From IMG/VR virus record IMGVR_UViG_3300043119_000443: a DNA stretch of 64,000 bases. The stretch is one strand, 5' to 3'. The translations under genes were made by a program, and so were the position numbers. The notes under the pieces were generated by a model. It had not been told where the DNA came from. It worked only from the letters and a program-made list of their open reading frames with translations, and did not search any database. This stretch comes from a virus (Duplodnaviria > Heunggongvirae > Uroviricota > Caudoviricetes). Of this stretch, positions 36,174 to 46,016 are shown in pieces (position 1 is the stretch's first letter; every line of letters begins with the position of its first letter).

Positions 36174-37823
36174 TTGGGATCGACGACCAATTTACGCGTG
36201 CTGAGTGAAACTCGCGCGCTGATGGACCAGCACGGCTCAACGGACAAAGTCGCAGAGATCATGGGCGTGTCGCGCCGCGCGATCCGGGAACGCCTCGCCC
36301 AGTCCGCCGACCTGAAGGTCAAGCCCATGTGGGGCGGCTCGAAAGAGGGCAAGGTCAAGATCGAGAAGAAGGCGCTCCCCAAGGGCTCCAATATCAGCCG
36401 GTACATCGTCACCAGCGCCCAGAACAATACCGCGATCCACGACGGCTTGTGGGCCAACCTTGAAGCGTACGCGGATGATCTTGGCGCGGAGATCATGATC
36501 TCCACCTTCACGTACAACCACAACGCGTTCGGCGAGATGTCCGTCAAGAAGGGCACGAAGGTCGAACACCAAGACCGGCTCTGGTATGACCCCCGCATCG
36601 TCCCCTTCATCGTCGATCGCCGCGTAGAGCTTGCTCCGGGCCTCGCGTGGTGCGGCGAGACGAACATCCTCCCCACCAAGGTCCATCCTCTCACCGGCTA
36701 CGAGACGTACACTGGACGCAAGTCGGGCATCATCCCGCACGCCAAGGTCGCCATGCAGTCGATCGCGTCCAGCAAGCACGAGCCGACCAAGTTCATGTAC
36801 TCTACCGGCGCTCTGACGCTGAAGAACTACATCCACAAGGACGCCGGGCTCAAGGCCGAATTCCATCACAGCTTCGCCGCCCTGATCGTCGAAGTGGACA
36901 GCGACGGCGACTGGTTCGTTCGCCAGCTCTCCGCTGACGACGATGGCAACTTCCAAGACCTGAACAAAGTGGTCGCCGATGGCAAGGTCCGCACGATCAA
37001 GCCGACCAAGGCTGACCCCAACATCGTTCTCGCCCTCAACCCCGGCGATGTCCACCACGCGAAGCTGGAAGACTGGATGAAGTCCCTGTTCTGGGGCAAG
37101 AACGGGATCAAGGACCAGCTCCGTCCGGCTTACGAGTTCGAGCACGATCTGTTCGACATGGACCGGCGATCGCACCACGATATGAAAGACGCTCACCAGA
37201 TGTACGACAAGTACATCCGCGGCAAGGACAAGGTTGAGGATGAGGCGCGCGAGTGCGCCCTGTTCCTCGCCAACGAGGTCTATCGCCCATGGTGCGAGAC
37301 AGTGGTCGTCGATAGCAACCACGATGAAGCGCTCGAACGGTGGCTTCGCGAAGCTGATTATCGTACCGACCCGCCGAACGCCCTGTACTTCCTGAAGCTC
37401 CAGCTCGCCAAGTATGAGGCGATCTCGCGCGGAGACGATGACTTCCACCTTCTCGAATACGCGCTGAATCAAGTCTGCGACACCAAGGCCCGCTTCCTCC
37501 GGGAAGACGAGAGCTTCGTTATCGCACGCGAGTTCGGCGGCGGTATCGAGTGCGGCAACCATGGGCACCGAGGCTCGAACGGGGCGCGCGGCGGCACCGC
37601 TAACCTTTCCAAGATCGGACGCAAGGCCAACTACGGCCACATCCATGGCGCGGTCATCATGCTAGGCGCGTGGTGGGCTGGCGTTATGGGTGCGCTCGAT
37701 CAGGGCTATAACAAAGGCCCGTCCAACTGGTCGCACAGCTTTATCGTGACCTACGCCAACGGCAAGCGCGCGATGATCACGATCTGGAACGGTAAGCCGT
37801 GGGCAGGATTCAAGCAGCGGTGA
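36174..37823 (+). CDS. calcineurin-like metallophosphoesterase with N-terminal HTH
   Basis: Phosphoesterase motifs LNPGDVHH, VVVDSNHDE (GNHE-like), ECGNHGHRG, YGHIHGAV (GHxH); N-terminal VAEIMGVSRRAIRERL; TTG start 36174 after AGGAG (alternatives: TTG 36132, ATG 36222). Confidence 0.5.
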   Translation: MGSTTNLRVLSETRALMDQHGSTDKVAEIMGVSRRAIRERLAQSADLKVKPMWGGSKEGKVKIEKKALPKGSNISRYIVTSAQNNTAIHDGLWANLEAYADDLGAEIMISTFTYNHNAFGEMSVKKGTKVEHQDRLWYDPRIVPFIVDRRVELAPGLAWCGETNILPTKVHPLTGYETYTGRKSGIIPHAKVAMQSIASSKHEPTKFMYSTGALTLKNYIHKDAGLKAEFHHSFAALIVEVDSDGDWFVRQLSADDDGNFQDLNKVVADGKVRTIKPTKADPNIVLALNPGDVHHAKLEDWMKSLFWGKNGIKDQLRPAYEFEHDLFDMDRRSHHDMKDAHQMYDKYIRGKDKVEDEARECALFLANEVYRPWCETVVVDSNHDEALERWLREADYRTDPPNALYFLKLQLAKYEAISRGDDDFHLLEYALNQVCDTKARFLREDESFVIAREFGGGIECGNHGHRGSNGARGGTANLSKIGRKANYGHIHGAVIMLGAWWAGVMGALDQGYNKGPSNWSHSFIVTYANGKRAMITIWNGKPWAGFKQR

Positions 37824-37884
37824 TACAAACTGTCGGCACAGTGACTAACATTGCCGACGAATAGTAACACTGTGACTGTTAGTG

Positions 37885-38223
37885 TCAGGCCGGACGGTTA
37901 AACTGCTTCAGCGGATGGCCGTTCGGCAGCATTTGAACCTGCTCATCCACGTTCGTCCTCGCCGCCATGTACCGATGGAAGCCTTGGCCGCGGCTGGTCA
38001 CGCACCGTATGTTCACGAAGTCGGGGTCGTCGATCGTGTCTGCGACGTGCAACAGGCCTGCGTAGCTGAGAATGATCATGGAATTGTGGGCTACCCGCCC
38101 CCTGACGCGACGCGTCTTCTCGCCCCGGCTGGTTTCATCCACAATGGCGAACAGGATGAGCTTTTCCTCCGGGCGAAGGACTTTGTATTGCTCGGCATAG
38201 GGTAGAGGCGGATTGCGTTTCAT
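37885..38223 (-). CDS. hypothetical protein (112 aa)
   Basis: Convergent with previous gene; first ATG used (ORF tool start is TTG at 38259). Confidence 0.3.
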   Translation of the reverse strand: MKRNPPLPYAEQYKVLRPEEKLILFAIVDETSRGEKTRRVRGRVAHNSMIILSYAGLLHVADTIDDPDFVNIRCVTSRGQGFHRYMAARTNVDEQVQMLPNGHPLKQFNRPA

Positions 38224-38267
38224 AAACGAATGGAAGCATGAACCATGCCAAGCCGTCAAGCCTAAAC

Positions 38268-38301
38268 GCGAAACGCCCCTCCGACCGGGGCCAGAGGGGC
38301 G
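38268..38301 (-). terminator. candidate terminator downstream of RNR gene (minus strand)
   Basis: CGCCCCTC / GAGGGGCG 8-bp stem (38274-38281 / 38294-38301), then TTTCGCGTTT on minus strand. Confidence 0.3.
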
Positions 38302-38333
38302 AGCGCAAGGGCTACGAGGACCAGTCGCAGCGC

Positions 38334-38342
38334 GTTAACCAT
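38334..38342 (+). promoter_or_regulatory. GTTAACCAT motif between RNR stop and downstream gene
   Basis: gcGTTAACCATatccggg. Confidence 0.25.
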
Positions 38343-38350
38343 ATCCGGGA

Positions 38351-40261
38351 TTAGCGGATTTCGCAAGCCCCGCCAGCGCACGCCAGCTCTTGACTTCCGA
38401 CGGTCATGTCATCTTCCTCGACCATATCGTTCCAGACGACGCCGACCGGCTGTTGACTTACCAGTCTGTCATAACGGTCCTTGGTGATCGATTCGTAAGG
38501 CATTTGCTTGTAAGTCCCGCCATCGTGGGGCAGGAAGCTCAGCCCGCCGCAGATGTCGAAGTTCTTGTAGACCCAAGCGCCGACCGCCAGCCATTCGTCT
38601 TCCCGGATATAGACCGTGGTCGAAGGATTGTGGTCACACCAGTTTACAGCGTACGTCTTCCAGAATTCGAGCTGTTCGATGGCCGTCATCTTGGGCTTGT
38701 CCGCCGCCGGGGATTTGATCGGGAATTCGATCACCATGGCGGCAGGGTTCATCTGGTCAGCTTCCATCATGAAGTTCTTGTCGAACATGAACTTCGTGAG
38801 GGGGTCTTTAGCGTCATTGCGGACGCGCCTGACGTAGTATTCGGAGTGCCGCTCGTGGATGCCGCTCGCGCTGTCAACGAGCTGGGAGACGGTCCCAGAC
38901 GGCTTCACGCACGTGATGGCGGCAGAGGGATTGATCCCGATCGCGGCAGCTTCCGCCTTGTTGGTGTCGCGAGCCAGACGACGCAGCGCGCCCAGCATCC
39001 CGGCGAGGAACGTATTGTCCGGCGACAGGATCGCGGCATCGTGGATGCCGGTGATCGACACGCCAAGCAGACGTTCTTCCTCGGCGTTCTCCTGCCACTT
39101 CTTCCGGATGTAGCGGTAGTTCGTCAGCGTCGATTGCCACGTCCCAAGGATGGTCGCGAGGCGGACCTTGCGCTCCAGAGACATTTCCGAATCGTCGGCG
39201 CGGGCGACCACTTCCGTCAGGTTGCAGAAGCCCATCGATCGCAGGATGATCTCGCCGCAAGGGTTCGTGCCGAACTCATGCTTCTCATCACGCCCAGTCT
39301 CACGGCACTTGGCCTTGGCAGCGGCGCGGTTGAAGATGCCACGCTCGCCAGACTTGGACTTATACAGCGCCATCCATTCGTCCATGAACAGCGCCATCTC
39401 GGGCTTGTCCTTATAGGCGACGGAGTTGTTGGCGAGCTGACGGTGGCCGGTCTTCTCCCACCATGCGCCAGACTTGGCCTCGCGCATACGAAGGTCGGAC
39501 AGGTTCGAGAGCGAGATCAGGGCCGACCGGCGGACGCCCCCAACGACGACCACGTCAGCGATATAGCAGACGATGTCATGGACTTCGATGCTTTCGAGCT
39601 GGCGACCGGCGGCGTTCTTGAACATGGCGACGGTGAAGTCATACAGGCGACGCAGCGGAGCGGGGCCGGAGGCGCGACCGCCGAAGGTCTTCAGACGGGC
39701 TCCAGCAGGGCGTACGCCGCTGTCATCCCATTCCGGTATCTCGCCTGCCCAGAGCGCAGCGATGAGCTGCTTGTAGGCCTTGGCCCAGCCAAGCTTGCTG
39801 TCGCCGACTTTGATCGCGTAACCGGCGGGATGGAATTCCTCCGGCACGGCGGGGAGCTTGCTGACGTGCTGACGCTCAACGGAGAAGCCGACGCCAGTGC
39901 CGCACATGAGGATGTATAGAATTTCGTCGAAGGCGCGCGGATGATCGACGGCGATGTACGAGCAATTGAAGCCCGCAATGTGGTCGCGATCAAGCGCTTC
40001 GCCAGCGGTCATCAGCGCCCGCATCGACGGCATGATCTCCAGCTTCAGGATCGCCATCGTGATCTCGGCGACAACGAACGGATCGGCAGTGTAGCCGTGT
40101 TGCTTGTGCAGGTGCGAAACCATATACTCCATATAGCGTACGACGGTTTCACCCCAGCTCTCCCGACGTTTCTTGTCATCGAGATACCGGGCGTATCGCG
40201 ACTTGTGAATAAAAGCTTGGTAGTCCGTTGGGAGTTCAACGGAGGTGATGTCGTTCTGCAT
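38351..40261 (-). CDS. nrdJ: ribonucleotide reductase, class II (adenosylcobalamin-dependent, NrdJ-like)
   Basis: 636 aa; active-site block NPCGEIILRSMGFCNL; RBS AAGGAA before ATG. Confidence 0.8.
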   Translation of the reverse strand: MQNDITSVELPTDYQAFIHKSRYARYLDDKKRRESWGETVVRYMEYMVSHLHKQHGYTADPFVVAEITMAILKLEIMPSMRALMTAGEALDRDHIAGFNCSYIAVDHPRAFDEILYILMCGTGVGFSVERQHVSKLPAVPEEFHPAGYAIKVGDSKLGWAKAYKQLIAALWAGEIPEWDDSGVRPAGARLKTFGGRASGPAPLRRLYDFTVAMFKNAAGRQLESIEVHDIVCYIADVVVVGGVRRSALISLSNLSDLRMREAKSGAWWEKTGHRQLANNSVAYKDKPEMALFMDEWMALYKSKSGERGIFNRAAAKAKCRETGRDEKHEFGTNPCGEIILRSMGFCNLTEVVARADDSEMSLERKVRLATILGTWQSTLTNYRYIRKKWQENAEEERLLGVSITGIHDAAILSPDNTFLAGMLGALRRLARDTNKAEAAAIGINPSAAITCVKPSGTVSQLVDSASGIHERHSEYYVRRVRNDAKDPLTKFMFDKNFMMEADQMNPAAMVIEFPIKSPAADKPKMTAIEQLEFWKTYAVNWCDHNPSTTVYIREDEWLAVGAWVYKNFDICGGLSFLPHDGGTYKQMPYESITKDRYDRLVSQQPVGVVWNDMVEEDDMTVGSQELACAGGACEIR

Positions 40262-40275
40262 GGTGAAGTGGTTCC

Positions 40276-40725
40276 TTAGAAGCTGATGCCCGCCGCGGCC
40301 CGTAGAATATCTTCGGGTTTTGCGTTCGGTGCGATGACGGAGATGTCCGACAGATGCCGTTCGTTGGTCCGCCAGATCGACTTTTCGCCGTCTAACCGGA
40401 GCTTCCCGATGTCACATCCACGGATGAGGTAGACTTTCATCTTAGCCGCCATCCCAGTTTTGATCAAGACCCAAGCGTTGCCGCCAGCGTTCCAGCGCGA
40501 CTTCAGCCAGCCCGGCTGTGCCTTGCGGAAGGTGATCTCGACTTCATCGCTCGTCTTGAAGGTGACGCCGCGTTTCAGCTCGATCTTGAACGCCGATCCT
40601 TTGTAGCATCCGTCAACGTCAGGCGTACCCGACCCAACGCTGTTCTCCACACGTTCGGCGTGCAGTTCCTTGATCGTTTTCCAGACGGGCTGAATCCAAG
40701 CCCATAGTCCTGCGTCAATTGCCAT
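40276..40725 (-). CDS. VRR-NUC / PD-(D/E)xK family nuclease
   Basis: GTPDVDGCYKGSAFKIELK...AQPGW matches the VRR-NUC G-x-PD...E-x-K...Q..W pattern. Confidence 0.55.
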   Translation of the reverse strand: MAIDAGLWAWIQPVWKTIKELHAERVENSVGSGTPDVDGCYKGSAFKIELKRGVTFKTSDEVEITFRKAQPGWLKSRWNAGGNAWVLIKTGMAAKMKVYLIRGCDIGKLRLDGEKSIWRTNERHLSDISVIAPNAKPEDILRAAAGISF

Positions 40726-40734
40726 GTGGTTCCC

Positions 40735-41280
40735 TTACTGCGGTTTGTGGAATGCGAGGCCGTACACCGTCTTGCACAGTTCGGTGATCGTGCCGTCGTT
40801 GGTGACTTCATAGTGGACGGGGAGATGGGGGATGTCCCGCTCGCTCGGGTGAAGGTCCGGCCACGTGTCGGGATGCGGATCGGTGGCCGGGCGGCGGATA
40901 CGGATGAGGATGCCGTTGTTACGCTCGACGATCGCCGCTTCATTGAAGAAGCGCATGTCGGCGGTGACCACGAGGCGCTTGCCTTGGCAGCGAGCGGCCC
41001 ACAGGCTTGTCCAGAGTTCGTCGGCAATCAGGTTGCGACCCCATTCGGTGCCAAGCTTCTGCATCGCGTAGCGGGGCGAGCGGCCACAGAGAAGCGGGTG
41101 GGGCTCTTCCTTGAGCTTGCGGTCCTCGATCTCTTCGGTCGTCAGGCCGATGGCACGCATCATGTCCTTCAGACCGTCAGCGAATTTGATGCCCTTGAAG
41201 CCGTAGTTCTGGATGAGGTATTCGGCGGCAGTGTCCTTGCCCGATCCGATGAACCCGGTGATTCCGACGATGTGGGTCAT
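40735..41280 (-). CDS. deoxynucleoside monophosphate kinase
   Basis: P-loop GITGFIGSGKDT at N-terminus; start at ATG 41280 with RBS AAGGAAGA (ORF tool start is TTG at 41337). Confidence 0.6.
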   Translation of the reverse strand: MTHIVGITGFIGSGKDTAAEYLIQNYGFKGIKFADGLKDMMRAIGLTTEEIEDRKLKEEPHPLLCGRSPRYAMQKLGTEWGRNLIADELWTSLWAARCQGKRLVVTADMRFFNEAAIVERNNGILIRIRRPATDPHPDTWPDLHPSERDIPHLPVHYEVTNDGTITELCKTVYGLAFHKPQ

Positions 41281-41304
41281 GTGGTCTTCCTTCTTGCTTG
41301 GGGA

Positions 41305-41313
41305 ATGGTTAAC
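41305..41313 (-). promoter_or_regulatory. TTAACCAT motif (minus orientation) about 25 nt upstream of dNMP kinase start
   Basis: plus strand ggaATGGTTAACgcgg. Confidence 0.3.
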
Positions 41314-41342
41314 GCGGCCTCGCGACGGCGTCAACAACTATT

Positions 41343-42860
41343 TCAAATCAGGCCGCGCATTTCGATGATCGTTTTCAGACCAAGCCCGGCCACTTGCTCA
41401 CGAATATCAATCTTGAACTCTTGAGCTTCTAGGATGTACCCGAACACTGAGTTCTCGACTTCAAAGTCAATGATGTCGATCGTCTTGCCGCCGACCTTGG
41501 TCGCGCGCTCGTCGGCCTGTTCGCGCACGACGATGTCGAACGTGTGCGACATCCAGATAATAACATCGGCAGAGGACAGGTTGAGGCCGATGCCTCCACT
41601 CTTCGGCTGGCCGATGAAGACCGCGATTTCGGGATTGTTCATGAAGCTGTCGATCGCCGACTGCTTCTCTTGCTTGCTCATCCCCGTGCCGAAGTACGTC
41701 ACGTGCGGGATATCGGCCTTTGTCAGAACCGCGGCCATCAGTTCGAGATCGTGGGTGTAGTTGGCCCAGATGATATACTTCTTGCGCTTGATCTCGCCTT
41801 TGACCGGCCCGTCCTCTTTCGTGACCGGCGATCTGCCTTCGGACACTTCGTTGAGGATCGCTTGCACGAGCGGGTTCTGGCCGGGCTCGATAATGTCATG
41901 AGCAACGCTATGCTCGTCGTAATACCAACCGCCCGCGATCTGCGCGAGCTTGCTGAGAAGTCCAGCGCCGCTGACTTCGTACTCGTTTAGCAGACCGTCC
42001 TTCTCGACCTTCTTGTAGAGGTTCTTCTGCTTGTCGGTCATCTCGACCACGCGCCGGATGCGATTGAGCTTCGGCATGTCGTCGCAATCTTCGCGTCGCA
42101 CGATGGACGTGTACTTAGCCTGACGCATGGCTAGGTCTTCAAGGTTCTTGTACCCGGTGATCTCTTGGTAGCTTCGACCGTCACGCGTGTTGCGCGTTAC
42201 CTCGGTCGCGATATGCGCCTTGAATGCGCCGTGCGTCTTGAACCCTAGCGCCGACGGTTCGAGGATTTCATACTGGCCCCAGATGCGGAGCGGCGTGTTA
42301 CCGCCAATCGATCCGGACATGATCCGGACCCAGTTGCACGCCTTGCCCAGCGCACGGGCGACGCGCCCACGCGACGATGATGGCGATCCGAACATATGGC
42401 ATTCGTCGATCACCAGAAGCACGCGGCCATGGCGTGCGCGAATCATGTCGGTCAGGTACTTCTTGCCATTCTCGGTGCGGATGCTGTCCGACCCGATGGC
42501 GAAAATCTGGAGGCGACCGTTGTATACCTTGGTCGTCATAGTCTGTGCGAATCGGGCCTTGTAGCCCTGATTGCCAGCGGCGGCGGGATTGTAGATGAAG
42601 GTCGAAGCGTTGCCAGCGAAGTGGACGGGAAGCTCGCGCTTGATCCAGTTCGTCTGGACGCCATCGGGAGCGATGACTATCATCGCCTCGATCTCACGCC
42701 CACGGTGCAGGTAGTCGGCAAGATCGAAGATAGCCTTCGTCTTTCCAGTCCTCATCGACCAAGCCATCGCACGCTTGCGCTCGTTGCGGTTCTCTTCGAA
42801 CTCGCGAGCTTGGTGCTTGTATGGCTTGGTCTTAGAGCGGTATGGAGGCTCTGTAATCAC
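41343..42860 (-). CDS. SNF2/DEAD-like superfamily 2 helicase
   Basis: PYKHQ N-terminal motif, DECH box (VIDECHMFGS), helicase C-terminal motifs; GTG start 42860 in GTGA overlap with upstream stop (ORF tool start 42941 would overlap by 85 nt). Confidence 0.7.
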   Translation of the reverse strand: MITEPPYRSKTKPYKHQAREFEENRNERKRAMAWSMRTGKTKAIFDLADYLHRGREIEAMIVIAPDGVQTNWIKRELPVHFAGNASTFIYNPAAAGNQGYKARFAQTMTTKVYNGRLQIFAIGSDSIRTENGKKYLTDMIRARHGRVLLVIDECHMFGSPSSSRGRVARALGKACNWVRIMSGSIGGNTPLRIWGQYEILEPSALGFKTHGAFKAHIATEVTRNTRDGRSYQEITGYKNLEDLAMRQAKYTSIVRREDCDDMPKLNRIRRVVEMTDKQKNLYKKVEKDGLLNEYEVSGAGLLSKLAQIAGGWYYDEHSVAHDIIEPGQNPLVQAILNEVSEGRSPVTKEDGPVKGEIKRKKYIIWANYTHDLELMAAVLTKADIPHVTYFGTGMSKQEKQSAIDSFMNNPEIAVFIGQPKSGGIGLNLSSADVIIWMSHTFDIVVREQADERATKVGGKTIDIIDFEVENSVFGYILEAQEFKIDIREQVAGLGLKTIIEMRGLI

Positions 42861-43399
42861 CTGCCGTAGTGAGCCTTCACAGCACGAATGGAATGAGAGA
42901 CGGTTGTGTGATGAATTGCATGACCGCCGCTGCCAATCCACTCACGGATGTTTTGTTCAGCATCATCCACCAGCAAATTTGGGGCGTCCACGAAACCATT
43001 TCGCGTAGCATAGTTCACCTTGTCCTTCCGCTGGCAGATGATGACACGCTCATGCGGAATGTGCAGAGTGTTCCGGGCGTATTCCAGCTTGACGCGGCGG
43101 ATCATGTCTTGGGTTTCGTCATCCTTCGCGAAGGACGGAAGCGCAGTGAGAAGATACGTTTCATCTCGCGCGAACGCGGCGGCGATCAGCTCGTGAGCGC
43201 CCGGCGTGACCGGCATCGTCAGCCAGAACTTCTCTGTCCGCATGATGTCATTGGTGGCTTTCTGGATGTCCTTCTGTTCCTGCGTCCACGTCGCCGGATC
43301 AGTTGTGTACCATGACCCCTCCCATGGCGGCACGCCAAGGTCGATCGCGTGGCCGCGGAAGTCACCGAGAGTATCGTCAACGTCGAGAAAAATGGTCAT
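42857..43399 (-). CDS. HAD-family 5'(3')-deoxyribonucleotidase
   Basis: HAD motif I FLDVDDTLGDF at N-terminus; size ~180 aa. Confidence 0.6.
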   Translation of the reverse strand: MTIFLDVDDTLGDFRGHAIDLGVPPWEGSWYTTDPATWTQEQKDIQKATNDIMRTEKFWLTMPVTPGAHELIAAAFARDETYLLTALPSFAKDDETQDMIRRVKLEYARNTLHIPHERVIICQRKDKVNYATRNGFVDAPNLLVDDAEQNIREWIGSGGHAIHHTTVSHSIRAVKAHYGR

Positions 43400-43404
43400 G
43401 GCGT

Positions 43405-43755
43405 TTAGCCCCTTGCTTGATCGTATACTATTCCGGTTTCGAGGTCGTAGTCAACCATCTTCCACTCGCGCCGGTTCTCAACGCGGAGGCCGTAACAATC
43501 AGCCCACGCGAGAGCCCCGTAGAACAGACGACGGGTGTATTTGAACTTCGCACCACTTGCGGTCCATGACAATCCATCATCTATCGGCCAGTCTTCACCA
43601 ATGCAAAACTTCATAGTGTCGCTGAGATGGTTGAAGTTGTCCTTCACAAAGATACCCAGAGCATCGTATTCGTGGTCGCTCATGACGTTCGTGCTGAATT
43701 CATAGTACAGCAACGCGGCCATGAGCAATCTGCGAGCGGCGAGATCGGGGGTCAT
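43405..43755 (-). CDS. hypothetical protein (116 aa)
   Basis: ATGA-coupled to DNA polymerase stop; LLMAALLYYEFSTNVMSDHEYDAL N-terminus. Confidence 0.4.
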   Translation of the reverse strand: MTPDLAARRLLMAALLYYEFSTNVMSDHEYDALGIFVKDNFNHLSDTMKFCIGEDWPIDDGLSWTASGAKFKYTRRLFYGALAWADCYGLRVENRREWKMVDYDLETGIVYDQARG

Positions 43756-46016
43756 TTGCGATACCGATGCAGGATGTCAGCTTCAGATTTCAGCGGGAAG
43801 CCCGCGGCCCAAGGTGGCAATTGTTCCATGATCTTCTCGAACTCTTTCGCGTCGCCCTTGCTTCGCAGAACTTCGGCGATCAGCTCGTCATGGACGGTCA
43901 GGATCGGATGATATTTGCCGGTGCGATGACACTCGACCATGGCGTACGCCATCAGGTCGCGACAGATGCCTTGCACGATGTTCTCGACCAGCGCGCCGCC
44001 GTACGTGTGGGTCTTGCCCCACTGCTTAGTCAGGCCGTCAACGGCGTAGTATCGAATCGTCGGCTTGAAGACCGGGTCGCCGTTCCTGTCCTTGAACTTG
44101 GTTTCTTCCATCTTCAGGTATGCGAACGGGTACGACAGCATCCGGGCCGAAGGCAGACGGCAGAACAGGAAGTTGCCGACCTTCTTCCAGTGCAGTTTCT
44201 TGTTGCAGCACGGAACCCACTGACCGGGCTTCTGAAGCGCAGCGATCGCGGCGTTCTCGACTTCACGCCACGTCTTCTTCACCTCGTCATACTTGCCGCG
44301 ATAGCGATCGACGATGTACTTCGCCATGATCAGCGGGGGCAAAGTCTCTTCGCTGATGAAGTAGCCGGGCGCGTAGATCGCCGCCTGTTTGGGATCACGG
44401 AACAGCTCTTCCAGTTCCGCCCAGTCAGCCTCCGGCACGAGGGCTCGCGCCATCTCTTCGGTGAAGAAGATTTTGTACTTCGCACACGTCTCAAGGAACT
44501 TCACCGCGCCCATGCCGTAGCCAAGACCGAGGATCGCCTGCTTGCCTAGCTGGCGTTCTTTCTCGTCGGCCTTCGTGAGATGGCGGCGATAAATCTCCAT
44601 GGCGATGTCGAGATAGATGTCCTTGCCGCTCGCGAAGATGTCGAGGGCGATCTGGCAGTCCGCCAGCCACATGACGCCGCGCGCTTCGACAGCCGCGTAG
44701 TCGCCGACGGCCAGCTCGTATCCCATACGCGGAATGATCAGGCCGCGGATAACATCCGACAGAAAGTTGATCGGCATGTCGGACAAGCGCATCAGCTCAT
44801 CCACGGACATCAGTTTGATGTCGGCGGCGAGCTTGTCCATGTCCAGCTTGCCCTTGGCGGTACGATAGTTCTCGTGCGGCTTGCCGGGACGTTTGAGGTT
44901 GTGGAGCTGTAGACCCTTGCCGGACCAGCGCCCGGTTTGGGCTCCCCAGTACATGAGGTTCGAGCGGGCGAGATGATCCTCAAGACAACGGGCGACGGCC
45001 TTCTTGTACTTGGACGTGGTCGTGCGGTTGATATCCCGCACCAGCTCGACCACGCGACGCACGTGTGAGCTGATCTCCGGGTCTTCAAGCACCTTGTCCA
45101 GCGTCTCGCCTTGAAGGTCGTCCAGCTCTTTGTAAGCCAGATCGAGATGCTGTTTTATGCGATCCCGCGCGCCGCCGGTGACCGTCGGGTCTTGCATCAG
45201 CTCGCGCAATTCAGTGTTCATCACGTGCTTGGCGTCTTCAGCAAGACGCATAGCCGCTTCGGCAAGTTCCATGTCGATCTTGACGCCGCGTTCGTTCATC
45301 TCTTGATCGACGAACCAGATTTCCCATTCGAAGGGTATCAGGTCGGGCAGCTCTTTCGAGACATCGTATTCCGCCCGCACGTCCTGCTTGTTATATTCGG
45401 CGCAACGCAGGAACGTGGCCGTGTCACCGGGCCATCGGCGGGGATTGTCCTTGGTGGGATCACGGGGCTTGTAGAGCGACTTCAGCGCGTTGCTGCCCTC
45501 GCCCACGTCTTTCTGATGTTTGACGCTCAGAACCTTCGCCAATCGCTCCAGATCGCGCGGTAGTGCGTATGCCGCGCCTTTAGCTGCGGAGCATCGCCAC
45601 TGACGGATAGGTATCTGGGGCCAGCCCCATTTGCGTACGCAGATGCACGTCCACACAGCACGCTCGAACTCAGCGTTGTGTGCTTCGAAGATCAGGCCAT
45701 CAGCGATCGCCTTGACCAGAGACGGCGGACAGACCGGAAGGCCGGTCAGTTCATCCAGATCAGGCTTGGGCACCTCAATGGCGGGCACGAGAACGCGCGG
45801 CTGGCCTTTGCGTTCGCCGACCTTGTACGGCTCCCCCAGCACCGCCGGTTGAGCGACGGTTGGTCCCCAGAAGATGTCGGGATTTTCGATGGCGTCGCCG
45901 ATGGCCCACGCCAGCATCATCACCTCCGTAGAGGGATCGCCAGCGTAGCGCCAAGCGCCGACATCGATACCGACTTCAGATCGGGTTTCGAAGTCTAGGG
46001 TTACGTGCTTAGACAA
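43752..46016 (-). CDS. family A DNA polymerase with 3'-5' exonuclease domain
   Basis: Exo I LDFETRS; pol motif B RQLGKQAILGLGYGMG; motif C TVHDELI; apparent TTG start overlapping stop of upstream gene. Confidence 0.85.
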   Translation of the reverse strand: MSKHVTLDFETRSEVGIDVGAWRYAGDPSTEVMMLAWAIGDAIENPDIFWGPTVAQPAVLGEPYKVGERKGQPRVLVPAIEVPKPDLDELTGLPVCPPSLVKAIADGLIFEAHNAEFERAVWTCICVRKWGWPQIPIRQWRCSAAKGAAYALPRDLERLAKVLSVKHQKDVGEGSNALKSLYKPRDPTKDNPRRWPGDTATFLRCAEYNKQDVRAEYDVSKELPDLIPFEWEIWFVDQEMNERGVKIDMELAEAAMRLAEDAKHVMNTELRELMQDPTVTGGARDRIKQHLDLAYKELDDLQGETLDKVLEDPEISSHVRRVVELVRDINRTTTSKYKKAVARCLEDHLARSNLMYWGAQTGRWSGKGLQLHNLKRPGKPHENYRTAKGKLDMDKLAADIKLMSVDELMRLSDMPINFLSDVIRGLIIPRMGYELAVGDYAAVEARGVMWLADCQIALDIFASGKDIYLDIAMEIYRRHLTKADEKERQLGKQAILGLGYGMGAVKFLETCAKYKIFFTEEMARALVPEADWAELEELFRDPKQAAIYAPGYFISEETLPPLIMAKYIVDRYRGKYDEVKKTWREVENAAIAALQKPGQWVPCCNKKLHWKKVGNFLFCRLPSARMLSYPFAYLKMEETKFKDRNGDPVFKPTIRYYAVDGLTKQWGKTHTYGGALVENIVQGICRDLMAYAMVECHRTGKYHPILTVHDELIAEVLRSKGDAKEFEKIMEQLPPWAAGFPLKSEADILHRYRK

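Noticed and set aside
36132-37823. Large protein after lysis genes considered as integrase or repressor
   Set aside because: No tyrosine/serine recombinase motifs. The metallophosphoesterase motif set fits better, and no attachment-site repeats were found
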